Counted from the first letter of the stretch, positions 29,651 to 39,298 are shown. The stretch is DNA of 59,455 nt from Acidimicrobiales bacterium (GCA_041576015.1 JBFGLT010000002.1:1-59455); one strand, 5' to 3'. Made by a program: numbers and translations. Notes: generated from the sequence alone by a model not told the origin.

Positions 29651-29754
29651 CGCCGGGTCCGTCCCATCAACTCCATCGTGGACAACCGTAGCCAGGCGAT
29701 GCGACAGATTCGGCGGACCTTCCGCCTGCCGCCGAGGTCCCTTCGCTCAGCCGC

Positions 29755-30108
29755 TCAGCTCAGCAACTCCCGAACCCGGTCCTTGGGTCGCCCGATGATC
29801 GCCCTGTCCTCGGTGACCACCACGGGGCGCTGGAGCAGCTGTTTGTGGGCGACGAGCACCTCGACGATCTGGTCGACGGTTGCCACGTCGGCGTCGGTGA
29901 GGCCCAATTTTTTGAACTTGGCGTCGCGGCGCACGAGCGCGGTCGGCGGGTCCTCCAACTTGGCGATGAGCTCCCGAAGCTCGGCAGCGTCGGGAGGATC
30001 CTTGATGTAGTTGATCTCTTCGAACTCGACGCCCAGTTCTTCGGCAATGCGCACGGCATTGACCGAGGAATTTCAATGTCGATTGTGATAGATCTTCACG
30101 TCGGCCAT
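29755..30108 (-). CDS. ArsC-family (PF03960-type, glutaredoxin-dependent arsenate reductase-like) protein with in-frame TGA at codon 12; predicted selenocysteine protein (alternative: nonsense pseudogene)
   Basis: Track ORF 29755..30054 (MRIAEELGVEFEEINYIKDPP...) lacks the catalytic N-terminus. In the same frame, 7 codons upstream, is TGA (30075..30073), preceded by ATG GCC GAC GTG AAG ATC TAT CAC AAT CGA CAT. Joined product: MADVKIYHNRH-U-NSSVNAVRIAEELG..., 117 aa. The TGA aligns with Cys12 of E. coli R773 ArsC (as I recall it, ITIYHNPACGTSRNTL). The three conserved Arg positions are kept (LVRR, LQRPVV, IGRPKD). Confidence 0.6.
30037..30070 (-). promoter_or_regulatory. Candidate bacterial SECIS stem-loop directly 3' of the in-frame UGA
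   Basis: mRNA: UGA-AA-UUCCUCGG-U-CAAUGC-[CGUGC]-GCAUUG-CCGA-A-GAA. 6-bp upper stem, bulged U in the 5' arm, GG/CC pairs below, lower stem UUCCUC/GA-A-GAA, and GU in the 5-nt apical loop about 17 nt after UGA. As I recall it, the E. coli fdhF SECIS has the same layout (GG-U-UGCA[GGUC]UGCA-CC). Folded by eye only. Confidence 0.5.
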
Positions 30109-30156
30109 GCCTCGACCGTATCGGAGGCCGGCGCGACCAGCGAGTAGCCTGATCCA

Positions 30157-31311
30157 GTGCACCCCGAGCGACCCGGTCCTCCGTCGTCGCCGCCGCCGGC
30201 TCCATCGGTGCCCCGCACGCCGGCGGGCTGGTATCAGGATCCGTGGGGGCTGGCGCAGTGGCGATGGTGGGATGGTTGGGCGTGGACGGGTCATATCTCG
30301 GTGAACCAGGAGCGCAAGCCGATGCTGGCCGGGTGGCTATCGTGGCCGGTCGTGGCCGGCGGGCTCTTCGCGGTGCCGGCGGCGATCGTGCTCAGCTTCT
30401 CCAGCCCACTGGCAATCGCCCTCGCCTTCGTCCCGCTCCTGATCGTGGGACCGGTGCTCGGCTGGCTCGACCGGGTCGAACCCGAACCGCGCCAAGCCAG
30501 AGTGCACGCGTTTCTCTGGGGGGCGACGATCTCGGGCGTCGTCGCCGGCACGATCAACAGCATCGTCTTCGCCGCCTTCAGTGAGACGTGGGCGGCGGTG
30601 GTGTCGGCCCCGATCACCGAGGAGATCATGAAGACGGCCGGGATCGTGTGGGCCCTGCGCCGCGGCGAGATCGACGGGGTCATGGACGGGGTCGTCTACG
30701 CCGGTTGGGTGGCGCTCGGCTTCGCGGTCGTCGAGAACTTCCTGTACTTCGCCGAGGCCGACAACCAGGATCTGCTGTGGCAGACCTTCGTCGCCCGCGC
30801 TCTGGTGACCCCGTTCGCCCACCCGTTGTTCACCGTGTGGGCCGGTCTGGCGATCGGTCGGGCCGTCGCCCGGCAGGTGTCCGTCCTCTTCCAGCTTGGC
30901 TGGGCACTGCCGCTCGCCGTCCTCAGCCATGCCGCCTGGAACGGGTCGCTGACCTTGGCCGAGGATGACGAAGTGGCACTGATCGTGGCCGTTCCCGCCT
31001 TCTTCGCCCTGTTCGTGGCGGCCGGGCTGACGGTCACGATCGTCCGGCGAAACGAGCAGGCGCACTTCGTCCGGCTCGTGCCGACGATCGCCCGGCGCTA
31101 TGGGCTCAGCGCAGAGGAGGTCGCCATCTTCGGCGACTGGCGTTCGATGCTCCGCACCCGCCGCCGCCTGCCCCGCAAACGGCGGGCCGCCTTCGATGCG
31201 GTGCACAGGAACCTGGCCCGCCTGGCCGCCCTCCATCATCGACCGGGCAGCTTCGATTCGGCCGCCGAGGCCGTGCTCGTCAACCGCCTCCAACGAGCCC
31301 GCGCCGGCTGA
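30157..31311 (+). CDS. PrsW-family intramembrane metalloprotease with N-terminal DUF2510-like motif
   Basis: PAGWYQDPWGLAQWRWWDGWAWTG (DUF2510 pattern), then multiple TM helices with EEIMKTAG and FAVVENFLYF, typical of PrsW. Start uncertain (GTG 30208 possible). Confidence 0.8.
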   Translation: MHPERPGPPSSPPPAPSVPRTPAGWYQDPWGLAQWRWWDGWAWTGHISVNQERKPMLAGWLSWPVVAGGLFAVPAAIVLSFSSPLAIALAFVPLLIVGPVLGWLDRVEPEPRQARVHAFLWGATISGVVAGTINSIVFAAFSETWAAVVSAPITEEIMKTAGIVWALRRGEIDGVMDGVVYAGWVALGFAVVENFLYFAEADNQDLLWQTFVARALVTPFAHPLFTVWAGLAIGRAVARQVSVLFQLGWALPLAVLSHAAWNGSLTLAEDDEVALIVAVPAFFALFVAAGLTVTIVRRNEQAHFVRLVPTIARRYGLSAEEVAIFGDWRSMLRTRRRLPRKRRAAFDAVHRNLARLAALHHRPGSFDSAAEAVLVNRLQRARAG

Positions 31312-31661
31312 TGGCCATCCGCCCGATCCCCGTCCCCGCCTTCGAGTCCCTCGTCGACGACGCCATCGACTCGCTGCCCGAGGACATCCTCGCCATGCTC
31401 GACAACGTGGCCATCCACGTGCAGGACGACCATCCAGAGGGTCTGCTCGGCCTCTACGAGGGTACGCCGCTCACCGAACGGGAGGCCTACGGGTACGGGA
31501 TGGAGCTGCCCGATGTCGTCACGCTCTACCGGCTCCCGTTGTGCGGGTTCGTCGCCAGCATCGACGAGCTTCGCCACGAGGTGCGGGTGACGCTGATCCA
31601 CGAGCTGGCCCACCATCTCGGCATCGACGACGACCGGCTCCACGAGCTGGGGTGGGCGTGA
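31311..31661 (+). CDS. Small zinc metallopeptidase-like protein (DUF1025/zincin-like, HExxH)
   Basis: 116 aa. IHELAHHLGIDDDRLHELG contains HExxH. The ATG overlaps the PrsW stop (TGATG). Confidence 0.75.
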   Translation: MAIRPIPVPAFESLVDDAIDSLPEDILAMLDNVAIHVQDDHPEGLLGLYEGTPLTEREAYGYGMELPDVVTLYRLPLCGFVASIDELRHEVRVTLIHELAHHLGIDDDRLHELGWA

Positions 31662-31739
31662 GGCCCGGGGCACGGTCCGCCGCCGCCGACCCGCACCGCC
31701 ATCCACGATCCTGTCACACCTCGCAGTCATGCTGGACCC

Positions 31740-32948
31740 ATGAGGTTCGTGCATACATCGGACTGGCATCTCGGCCGGTCGTTCGGCACCTATGGACTGC
31801 TGCCCGACCAGGGGCGGTTCCTCGACTGGTTCGTCGAGCTCGCCGCCGGCGTCGGAGCCGACCTCGTTGTCATCGCCGGCGACATCTACGACCGCTCGAG
31901 CCCGCCGGCCGAAGCGATTGCGCTGTTCGACGACGCCGTCGCCCGCCTCCACCGAACCGGGATCGAGGTCGTGGCGATCGCTGGAAACCACGACAATCCC
32001 GAGCGGTTGGCCCTCTACTCCGCCATCACCGAGCACCACGGTGTGATCTTGCGCGGCGGGTACCGCGCAGCCGGCTCGGTCGTGGTGCGAGACTACTCCG
32101 ATGGGCCGCTGGCGATCGCGCCCATCCCGTTCCTCGATCCTCGGCTGGTCCCCGCCTCGACATCGCTGTTCCCGGATCCAGCGGGACCCTACACCCACCA
32201 CTCGGTCACGGACCGGGCCGCCGCTGCCGCCCGGGCTGCGGTTCCCGCCGGCATGCGCTCGCTCGCCGTCGCCCACGGCTTCGTCGCCGGCGGTCAGGGC
32301 AGCGACTCCGAGAAGCTCATCGTCGGCTCGGTCGGCGGCACCGACCACGTCGGTCGCGCCTGCTTCGCTGCCTTCGATTACACGGCGCTGGGCCACCTCC
32401 ACAAGCCGCAACGCGTCGCCGGCTCGGAGACGATTCGCTACTCCGGTTCGCCACTCCCCTACTCCTTCAGCGAACGAGACGCCAAGAACATCCTGGTCGT
32501 CGATATGGATCGGAGTGGCCGCTGCGATGTCGACGCCATCGAGATCCCGATCGGGCGGCGCGTCCGCACGATCCGGGGCAGCTTCGACAACCTGATCGGC
32601 GGCGACAGCGATCGCCACAACCTCGTGCGGATCGAGCTGACCGACGCGTCGCTGGTCCGGGACGCCAAGCGGCGGCTGGAGGCGCGCTTCCCTCATCTGA
32701 TCGAGCTCACCCTGGCCCCGCTGTCGGGTCGATCGGCGGAGCTCGATCCATCATCGGTTTCGGGCCTCACGCGCACGCTGGCTGGAGATGTCGCCAGGTT
32801 CTTGCAGGTCGTGTCGGGCGAGGATCTGGCGATCGATGATTTCGACGCGATCCTCGAGGCCCTGGCCGCCGAGGGCATGGACCTCGGGGACCTCGAGGCC
32901 GCACGAGCGCTGCTGGACGAACGACCCGGCGGGGGGATCGCCGCCTGA
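31740..32948 (+). CDS. sbcD: Exonuclease SbcCD subunit D (Mre11-type phosphoesterase)
   Basis: MRFVHTSDWHLGR, VVIAGDIYD and IAGNHDNPERL are calcineurin-like phosphoesterase motifs in SbcD order. Confidence 0.85.
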   Translation: MRFVHTSDWHLGRSFGTYGLLPDQGRFLDWFVELAAGVGADLVVIAGDIYDRSSPPAEAIALFDDAVARLHRTGIEVVAIAGNHDNPERLALYSAITEHHGVILRGGYRAAGSVVVRDYSDGPLAIAPIPFLDPRLVPASTSLFPDPAGPYTHHSVTDRAAAAARAAVPAGMRSLAVAHGFVAGGQGSDSEKLIVGSVGGTDHVGRACFAAFDYTALGHLHKPQRVAGSETIRYSGSPLPYSFSERDAKNILVVDMDRSGRCDVDAIEIPIGRRVRTIRGSFDNLIGGDSDRHNLVRIELTDASLVRDAKRRLEARFPHLIELTLAPLSGRSAELDPSSVSGLTRTLAGDVARFLQVVSGEDLAIDDFDAILEALAAEGMDLGDLEAARALLDERPGGGIAA

Positions 32949-35900
32949 TGCGCCTCGAACATCTCACCATCACCGGGTTCGGCCCCTACGCCGACGGTCA
33001 GGAGATCGATTTCGCGCAGTTGCACGCGTCGGGCCTGTTCAGCGTCACCGGCCCGACCGGTTCGGGCAAGACGACGATCTTCGATGCGCTGACCTACGCC
33101 CTGTATGGAACGGTGCCCGGTGCCAGGAGCGAGGCGGCCGGTTCGATTCGCTCCCACCATGTGCCCCCGGGCGTCAAGACCGAGGTGGCACTCGAGTTCA
33201 CCACGAACGAGGGCCGCTGGCGGGTGCGGCGCTCGCCCGAGTACGAGAGGCCCAAGAGCCGCGGCACCGGCACGACCCTCCAGCGGGCGGCGGTCTCGCT
33301 GCATCGATGCACGGAGACGGGCTGGCAGCCGATCAGCGGGAACCGGCATGAGATCGACAATCGGCTCGCCGAACTCGTCGGACTCCGGCGGGATCAGTTC
33401 GAACGGGTCGTCCTGCTTCCGCAGGGCGAGTTCCGCCGGCTGCTCCACGCCCGATCACGCGAGCGGCGGGAGCTGTTCCGTACCCTCTTCGGCACCGAGG
33501 CGATCGAGCGGGCCGTTCAGGGTCTCCGACGACACGCCAGGCAGGCGGCGGAGGCGGCGGCCGCCCAGGTCGTGATCGTCGACGAACAGAGATCGGAGGC
33601 AGAGGAGCTGCTCGGAGCAATCGAGGAGGCCGTCGCCGCCCATCCGGACGATTCGGTACGGATGTTGCCCGTCAGCTGTTCGGGCCCCGGGGATGCTGGA
33701 GACCCTCATGCACTCGGAGCCTCTCTCCGACGGTTGGAGGTCGGACACGTCGAGCTCAGCCGGCGCGTGCTGCCAGCGCTCCGGGCTGTCGAGCAACGGT
33801 TCCGTGCCGAGGCGGCTACGGCCAGTTCGGCCCGCGATCGCGCTGTCGACCAGGCCGAGGCGATCCAGCGTCGGAGCGACCTGGCCGCCGAGATCGCCCA
33901 GGTCGAGCTGGCTCTGATCCCGGCAGAACAGGATGCGGCGCGAGCCGAGCTCGCTCGCCGAGCACAGCCGGTGATCGCCATCGAACGGCGACGCCAGAAG
34001 GCAGCCACCGACTTCGACGCTGCCACAACCGAGGCCGGGTCGGCGCATGCAGACCTGTGCGCAGCCGCCGCCGATGCCGGCGAGGCGATCGATCTGGCCG
34101 GTCCGGGTCCGCTGCGCGACCGGACCCAGCGACGCCTCCAGGAACTCGAGGACCTGGCCACCGCCGCCGAGCACTTGACCGTCGAGCGACGCCGCCTGGC
34201 CGACAATCGCAGGCACATCGACCTCATGTCCGAGCGGATCCACCAGACCGAACGAGCACTCCAGCAAGCGGAGACCGACCGGGCAGCCAGCGCCCGCGCC
34301 GTCCAGGAAGCGGCCGCCGCCGGCGAGCGCATGGCCGAACTCGACGCCGGGCTGGCTCACATCGAGCGACATCTCGCTGTCGCCCGCCGGCGGGATGCGG
34401 CACGCCGCAGGATGGCAGACGCCGATGCGGCGATCACCGGCCTCGACGCCGAGATCCTCCAGGGCGAAGACCAGATCGCCTCCTTGATCAGCGAACGAGA
34501 CGCGCTCGCGCCGATGGCGACCCTGAAGCACGACCGGCAGGCAGCGCTGGACACTGCCCGCCGCACGCTGAAGGAGGCGTCGAAGCGAGACGCGCTCGAG
34601 CTCGAGATCGATGGACGCACCCGGCAGGTCTCCGAAGCCGCCCAACGCGTCGTGGATCTCACCGACCGCTACATCGCCGGGGTTGCGCCCCGCCTGGCCG
34701 GCGAGCTCAGCGAGGGTGCTCCGTGCCCGGTGTGCGGCTCCTGTACCCACCCCAACCCCCCCCCAACCGGTGACGGTTCCCCCCCCGTCGAGGAGTACGA
34801 GCTCGACCGGGCCGCACGAGACCACCTGACCGCAACCGCCGCGCTGGCGGCGCTGCGGGCAACGCTCGACGAGGTGACCCTCCCCGGAGAGCGCACGGTG
34901 GACGCCTGCGAGACAGCCGTGCGAGCCGCCGAGACCGAACTCGTCGAGAGCCAGGCCGCCGCAGCCCGAACCGCCGACATCGAAGTCGCCCTCGAGCAGG
35001 TCCGCTCCCGGGTGGACTCGCTCGGCAGGCGGCGCGGCGAGGCCGCCACGGCACTGGCCATCGAGGCCCGCCGCGTCGACGATGCGACCGAGGCGCTCAG
35101 CGAGCGGGTCGAGTGCGACGTCAGCGGTCTCGACGATGAGCTCACCCGGCTACGAACCGAACGTGACCACGTCCTCACCCTCCAACAGCAGGCCGTCCCA
35201 GCCAAGAGGGCGGTCGAGCGGCACGATGAGGACATCGATCGTTGGGAGACCAGCCTCGCCGCCACCCGCGAAGAGCGCGCTGCCGCGCTCGCCGCCTCCG
35301 AAGAGATCAGCCGTACCGTCCAGCAACTGTCGAACCGGCTGACCCCCCTGGGGTCGCAGACGCCGGCCGAGCGCAGCAGCGTGCTGACCCGCCTGCTCGA
35401 GTCCCTCCAGATCGCCGCCGCCGCCGACGGCAGGCTCGCCGAGGCCGGTGGGGAGGTCGCACGCCTGGTGGCCGAGCGGGATCGAATCCTCGCCGGCAGC
35501 GGGATCCCGTCGATCGACGAGGCGCTCGCCGCCGCCCTCCCCCCCGACGAAATCGAGGAACTGGAGGCTGTTCACGCCGAGCTGCGGACACGTCTCACCG
35601 AGGGACGATCGGCGTTGGACCAACTCGACCGCATGGACATTCCGGCCGACCCGCCCGACCTCGAGACGCTGTCCGCACTGGCCGAGGACGCCGGTCGGGC
35701 GGCTCAGCGGGCCACCGAGGAGCGGATCCGGGTCGAGCAGCTCGAGGCTCGGGCTCGCGCCGGCGCCGAGCGGTTGGGCCGGCACGTCGAAGCGCTCGAC
35801 GATATCCGAGCCGCTGCGGATCGCGCCCAGCGCGTGGCCAGCCTGTGTGAAGGCAAGGGTGCGGCCCGGATCGGCCTGGAGGCCTACGTCCTGCGAACCC

Positions 35901-36358
35901 ACCTCGATCAGGTCGTCCAGTTCGCCAATCTGCGTCTGGATTCGATCAGCGCCGGTCGCTACCGGCTCCGGCTGGCCGACGCCGCCCTCGATGGTCGGAA
36001 CGAATGGGGACTCGACCTGTTGATCGGCGACGCCCACACCGGCGCCGAGCGCGACGTCCGGTCCTTGTCCGGCGGTGAGACCTTCTACACGTCGCTGACC
36101 CTCGCCTTGGGGTTGAGCGACGTCCTGAGCAACCGCGGCGCCACCGCCGTCGACTCCGTTTTCATCGATGAGGGGTTCGGGTCACTCGATCCCGACGTCA
36201 TCGATCTCACGATCGACGTCCTCCACCAGCTCCAGGGCGACGGCGTCACGGTCGGGGTCATCACCCACGTCGAAGCCGTGCGGGACGCTCTCCGAGCCGG
36301 TCTCGTCGTCGAACGGCGGCCGGGCGGCGACTCCCGGGTGACTCAGCGGATCGCCTGA
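32948..36358 (+). CDS. sbcC: Exonuclease SbcCD subunit C (Rad50/SMC-like ATPase)
   Basis: MRLEHLTITGFGPY...VTGPTGSGKTTIFDALTYALYG (Walker A), a long coiled coil with zinc hook CPVCGS, then C-terminal LSGGETFYTSLTLALGL...VFIDEGFGSLD. Confidence 0.85.
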   Translation: MRLEHLTITGFGPYADGQEIDFAQLHASGLFSVTGPTGSGKTTIFDALTYALYGTVPGARSEAAGSIRSHHVPPGVKTEVALEFTTNEGRWRVRRSPEYERPKSRGTGTTLQRAAVSLHRCTETGWQPISGNRHEIDNRLAELVGLRRDQFERVVLLPQGEFRRLLHARSRERRELFRTLFGTEAIERAVQGLRRHARQAAEAAAAQVVIVDEQRSEAEELLGAIEEAVAAHPDDSVRMLPVSCSGPGDAGDPHALGASLRRLEVGHVELSRRVLPALRAVEQRFRAEAATASSARDRAVDQAEAIQRRSDLAAEIAQVELALIPAEQDAARAELARRAQPVIAIERRRQKAATDFDAATTEAGSAHADLCAAAADAGEAIDLAGPGPLRDRTQRRLQELEDLATAAEHLTVERRRLADNRRHIDLMSERIHQTERALQQAETDRAASARAVQEAAAAGERMAELDAGLAHIERHLAVARRRDAARRRMADADAAITGLDAEILQGEDQIASLISERDALAPMATLKHDRQAALDTARRTLKEASKRDALELEIDGRTRQVSEAAQRVVDLTDRYIAGVAPRLAGELSEGAPCPVCGSCTHPNPPPTGDGSPPVEEYELDRAARDHLTATAALAALRATLDEVTLPGERTVDACETAVRAAETELVESQAAAARTADIEVALEQVRSRVDSLGRRRGEAATALAIEARRVDDATEALSERVECDVSGLDDELTRLRTERDHVLTLQQQAVPAKRAVERHDEDIDRWETSLAATREERAAALAASEEISRTVQQLSNRLTPLGSQTPAERSSVLTRLLESLQIAAAADGRLAEAGGEVARLVAERDRILAGSGIPSIDEALAAALPPDEIEELEAVHAELRTRLTEGRSALDQLDRMDIPADPPDLETLSALAEDAGRAAQRATEERIRVEQLEARARAGAERLGRHVEALDDIRAAADRAQRVASLCEGKGAARIGLEAYVLRTHLDQVVQFANLRLDSISAGRYRLRLADAALDGRNEWGLDLLIGDAHTGAERDVRSLSGGETFYTSLTLALGLSDVLSNRGATAVDSVFIDEGFGSLDPDVIDLTIDVLHQLQGDGVTVGVITHVEAVRDALRAGLVVERRPGGDSRVTQRIA

Positions 36359-36361
36359 GGA

Positions 36362-38794
36362 TCAACCGGCCCAGGCGACGAGGTGGCTGGCAGCGTTCAG
36401 CCACGTTCGATCCACTCGAGCCCGGACTCGCGGTGTGAAACGATCAGCGTCGGACCCCCGTGACAGCAGTGCCTCGTAGCGGATTCCGCCAAACGGATCC
36501 GAGCCGCTCACCGGTGTCATCGGCACGACCTCGTGAGGAATGGCCACCAACTCGACAATCAGGTCCTCGACCAGGAGGGCGCCGGGAGTGACGTGCACAG
36601 ACACGATGTCGCATCCATCACCCCGATCGAACCCGACCGAGTGGATCCGCACCGAGGACCAGCCGGCGGCGATCCGTCGCACCCGATCACGCCGGTCGTG
36701 CTGGTCGTCGCCGTCTGGACGCCACGCGTCGGCGAGGGGCAGGTAGTACCGCTCGGTGTACTGTCGCACCGTACGGTCCGCGGAGTACTGGGCGGTCAAC
36801 TTGAGACTGGATCGAACACGGGACAGCCAGCCGGACGGGATGTCTGCATCGTTGCGCTCATAGAAGAGCGGCACGACCTCCTGCTCGAGAATGCGGTAGA
36901 GATCCTCGGCGTCGGTTCGGTCATCGACGCCCTCGCCGATGACCCACCCGACGGTCGAGTGGTCCACCTCGGCCCACCATCCGTCGGCCACGCCCACGTT
37001 CAGCCCGCCGTTCGGGAGCGCTTTCATCCCCGACGTCCCGCTGGCCTCGTGGGGTTTGAGCGGCGTGTTCAACCATACGTCCACGCCGCCGATCAGCTCG
37101 CGGGTGACCAGCATGTCGTAATCGGTGAGAAAGGCGACCCGCCCGGACAGGTCCGTACGCCGGGCGAAGGCCACCCAGCGTTGCAGCAACAACCTGCCCG
37201 CAGCGTCAGCGGGATGGGCCTTGCCGGCAACCAGCAACTGAACCGGCTGTTCGGCGTTCAGCAACAGCCGGGCCAACCGCTCCGGGTCGCGGAGCAGCAG
37301 GTGAGCCCGTTTGTACGTGGCGAACCGCCGGGCGAAACCGATGGTCAGAATCTCCGGATCGAGAACCGCAGCGGAGCCATCGGGCAGGGGCGATTCCACC
37401 AGTTCGCGGGTCGACCGTTCGACGACGAAATCGCACAACTCCGCCCGGCTGCGTCGACGCATCGCCCAGATCGCCGCATCCTCGAGGGCGTCGACCGCCC
37501 GCTCGACGTCGCTGGGCTCGCTCCGGCCATCGAAGCGGACGGGCAACACCGAGTCCCACAGCTCCGACGCCGCCGGCGAGGTCCATGTGTCCATGTGGAT
37601 GCCGTTGGTGACCGATCCGACCGGCACCTCCTCGGGCGGCGTTCGCGGAAAGGCGCCGCCGATGATCGATCGGCTCACCAAACCGTGGAGCTCGCTGACT
37701 CCGTTGACCGCTCCGGAGGCGCGGACGGCGAGGGCCGACGGCATGAACGATCCGCCGTCGACTCGGCCCAGCTCCACCAGTTCCTGCGGCGAGATTCCCA
37801 GGTCCTCGGTTGCGTACCGGCCCAGGTACCGCTCGACGAGCGAGACGTCGAATTGGTCAAAGCCGGCAGCCACCGGCGTGTGAGTGGTGAAGAGCGTTCC
37901 GGTCCGAAGGTCTTCGAGCGCATCGCCGAGGTGACACCCGGTCGCCGCCACCCGCTGCCGGGCCCGCTCCAGGACGACGAGAGCGGCATGACCCTCGTTG
38001 AGGTGGACGACCGAAGGATCGATGCCGAGATGTTGCAGGACCTGGGCACCGCCGATCCCCAGCACGATCTCCTGAGCCAGTCGAACCTTGATGCCGCCGC
38101 CGTAGAGTTCCGAGGTGATCGTCCGGCGATACCCGGGGTTGGCGTAGTCGTTGGTGTCGAGCAGGATCAGCTCACATCGCCCGACCGTCGCCCGCCAGGC
38201 ACGCACGACCACATCGTCGGTCGAGATCTTCACCGACATGCGCAGGATGCCACCGGTCGCGTCCCGCACCGGCTCGACTGGCATCTGGCCCGGATCGTTG
38301 AACGGGTGCAGTGCGACCTGCTGACCATCCTCACCGATGATCTGCTGGAAGTAGCCCTGCTGGTACAGCAGGCCGATTCCGGTGACCGGTACGCCGAGGT
38401 CGCTGGCCGCCTTCAGCTGGTCGCCGGCGACATTGCCCAATCCTCCAGAGTAGATGGGCAGGCTCTCCGAGAGCATGTACTCCATCGAGAAGTAGGCGAC
38501 TGCGAACCCTGCCCGTTGCTCCAACCCATCGAACCACGTGGACCGACGACCCTCGTTGTCCCGGGCGGTCACCAACCGTTCGAGCCGGCGCCGACCGTCT
38601 GGATCGTCGATGAGATGGGCGATCGCAGCGTCGGATGCGGCCGCTGCCACGACCCATCGATTGTGGGTCGCTCGCCACAGGTCGGCATCGAGCCGGCCCC
38701 AGATCTCGTCAGGGTGGTGAGCGAAGGTCGGCCGCAGATCTCGGGCAAGTCTCAACAGGGCTCGGCGGGCGGCCGGGACCGTCGTCAACTCCAT
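36362..38794 (-). CDS. glgP: Alpha-glucan (glycogen/maltodextrin) phosphorylase
   Basis: Track ORF 36362..38830. ATG 38794 preferred, GTG 38830 possible. Motifs YFSMEYMLSESLPIYSGGLGNVAGD, HLNEGHAALV and the PLP lysine region TPLKPHEASGTSGMKALPNG. Confidence 0.85.
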   Translation of the reverse strand: MELTTVPAARRALLRLARDLRPTFAHHPDEIWGRLDADLWRATHNRWVVAAAASDAAIAHLIDDPDGRRRLERLVTARDNEGRRSTWFDGLEQRAGFAVAYFSMEYMLSESLPIYSGGLGNVAGDQLKAASDLGVPVTGIGLLYQQGYFQQIIGEDGQQVALHPFNDPGQMPVEPVRDATGGILRMSVKISTDDVVVRAWRATVGRCELILLDTNDYANPGYRRTITSELYGGGIKVRLAQEIVLGIGGAQVLQHLGIDPSVVHLNEGHAALVVLERARQRVAATGCHLGDALEDLRTGTLFTTHTPVAAGFDQFDVSLVERYLGRYATEDLGISPQELVELGRVDGGSFMPSALAVRASGAVNGVSELHGLVSRSIIGGAFPRTPPEEVPVGSVTNGIHMDTWTSPAASELWDSVLPVRFDGRSEPSDVERAVDALEDAAIWAMRRRSRAELCDFVVERSTRELVESPLPDGSAAVLDPEILTIGFARRFATYKRAHLLLRDPERLARLLLNAEQPVQLLVAGKAHPADAAGRLLLQRWVAFARRTDLSGRVAFLTDYDMLVTRELIGGVDVWLNTPLKPHEASGTSGMKALPNGGLNVGVADGWWAEVDHSTVGWVIGEGVDDRTDAEDLYRILEQEVVPLFYERNDADIPSGWLSRVRSSLKLTAQYSADRTVRQYTERYYLPLADAWRPDGDDQHDRRDRVRRIAAGWSSVRIHSVGFDRGDGCDIVSVHVTPGALLVEDLIVELVAIPHEVVPMTPVSGSDPFGGIRYEALLSRGSDADRFTPRVRARVDRTWLNAASHLVAWAG

Positions 38795-38875
38795 GCCCCA
38801 TACTTTGGTCTGCGTCACCGACCGGAGCACAAAACGAGTCGGTGGCCAGCCTGTGAACGGCCGGTGAGCGACAGG

Positions 38876-39298
38876 TCAGGATTCGAGGAAGTCCGGCGGC
38901 ATGGCCCGGAGCGACCGGATGATCATGCCCAACCCGGCAGCGAAGCCACCCAGCATGATCAAGAAGTGCGAGAGTTTGAGGTCGAACCAGAACGTGATCC
39001 GGCTCAGGATCTCGACAGCGAGGACCGTCACACCGACGGCAAACAGCGCCCATGGCCACTTCTTGCGGGCGTCGACGAAGAGCCCGACGATGGCCACGAA
39101 GAGCGGGAGGAACACGATTCCGGCCGATCCGGTACTCCCCCCGAAGGCATTGGAGATCCAGCCGAATCCCCGGCTCGAGACCCGAACCGAATCGACGAAG
39201 AACCAGGCAGAGATCGCCGACAGCGCAGCACCAGCGAGGAACGTGCCGAATCCGCCGGTGGTCCCGCCGACGCTGATGTCCTTACCCGGGGTGTCCAT
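38876..39298 (-). CDS. Integral membrane protein (about 4 TM helices), function unknown
   Basis: Residue 28 onward of track ORF 38876..39379 (MDTPGKDISVGGTTGGFGTFLAGAALSAISAWFFV...). Confidence 0.5.
   Translation of the reverse strand: MDTPGKDISVGGTTGGFGTFLAGAALSAISAWFFVDSVRVSSRGFGWISNAFGGSTGSAGIVFLPLFVAIVGLFVDARKKWPWALFAVGVTVLAVEILSRITFWFDLKLSHFLIMLGGFAAGLGMIIRSLRAMPPDFLES

Noticed and set aside
27029-30010. 993-aa plus-strand ORF, the longest unexplained ORF in the track
   Set aside because: It lies entirely antisense to recC and the arsC-like gene. Its composition is R/G/P/D-rich with no recognisable motif. This is the typical shadow ORF of GC-rich DNA, where stop codons are rare on the antisense strand.
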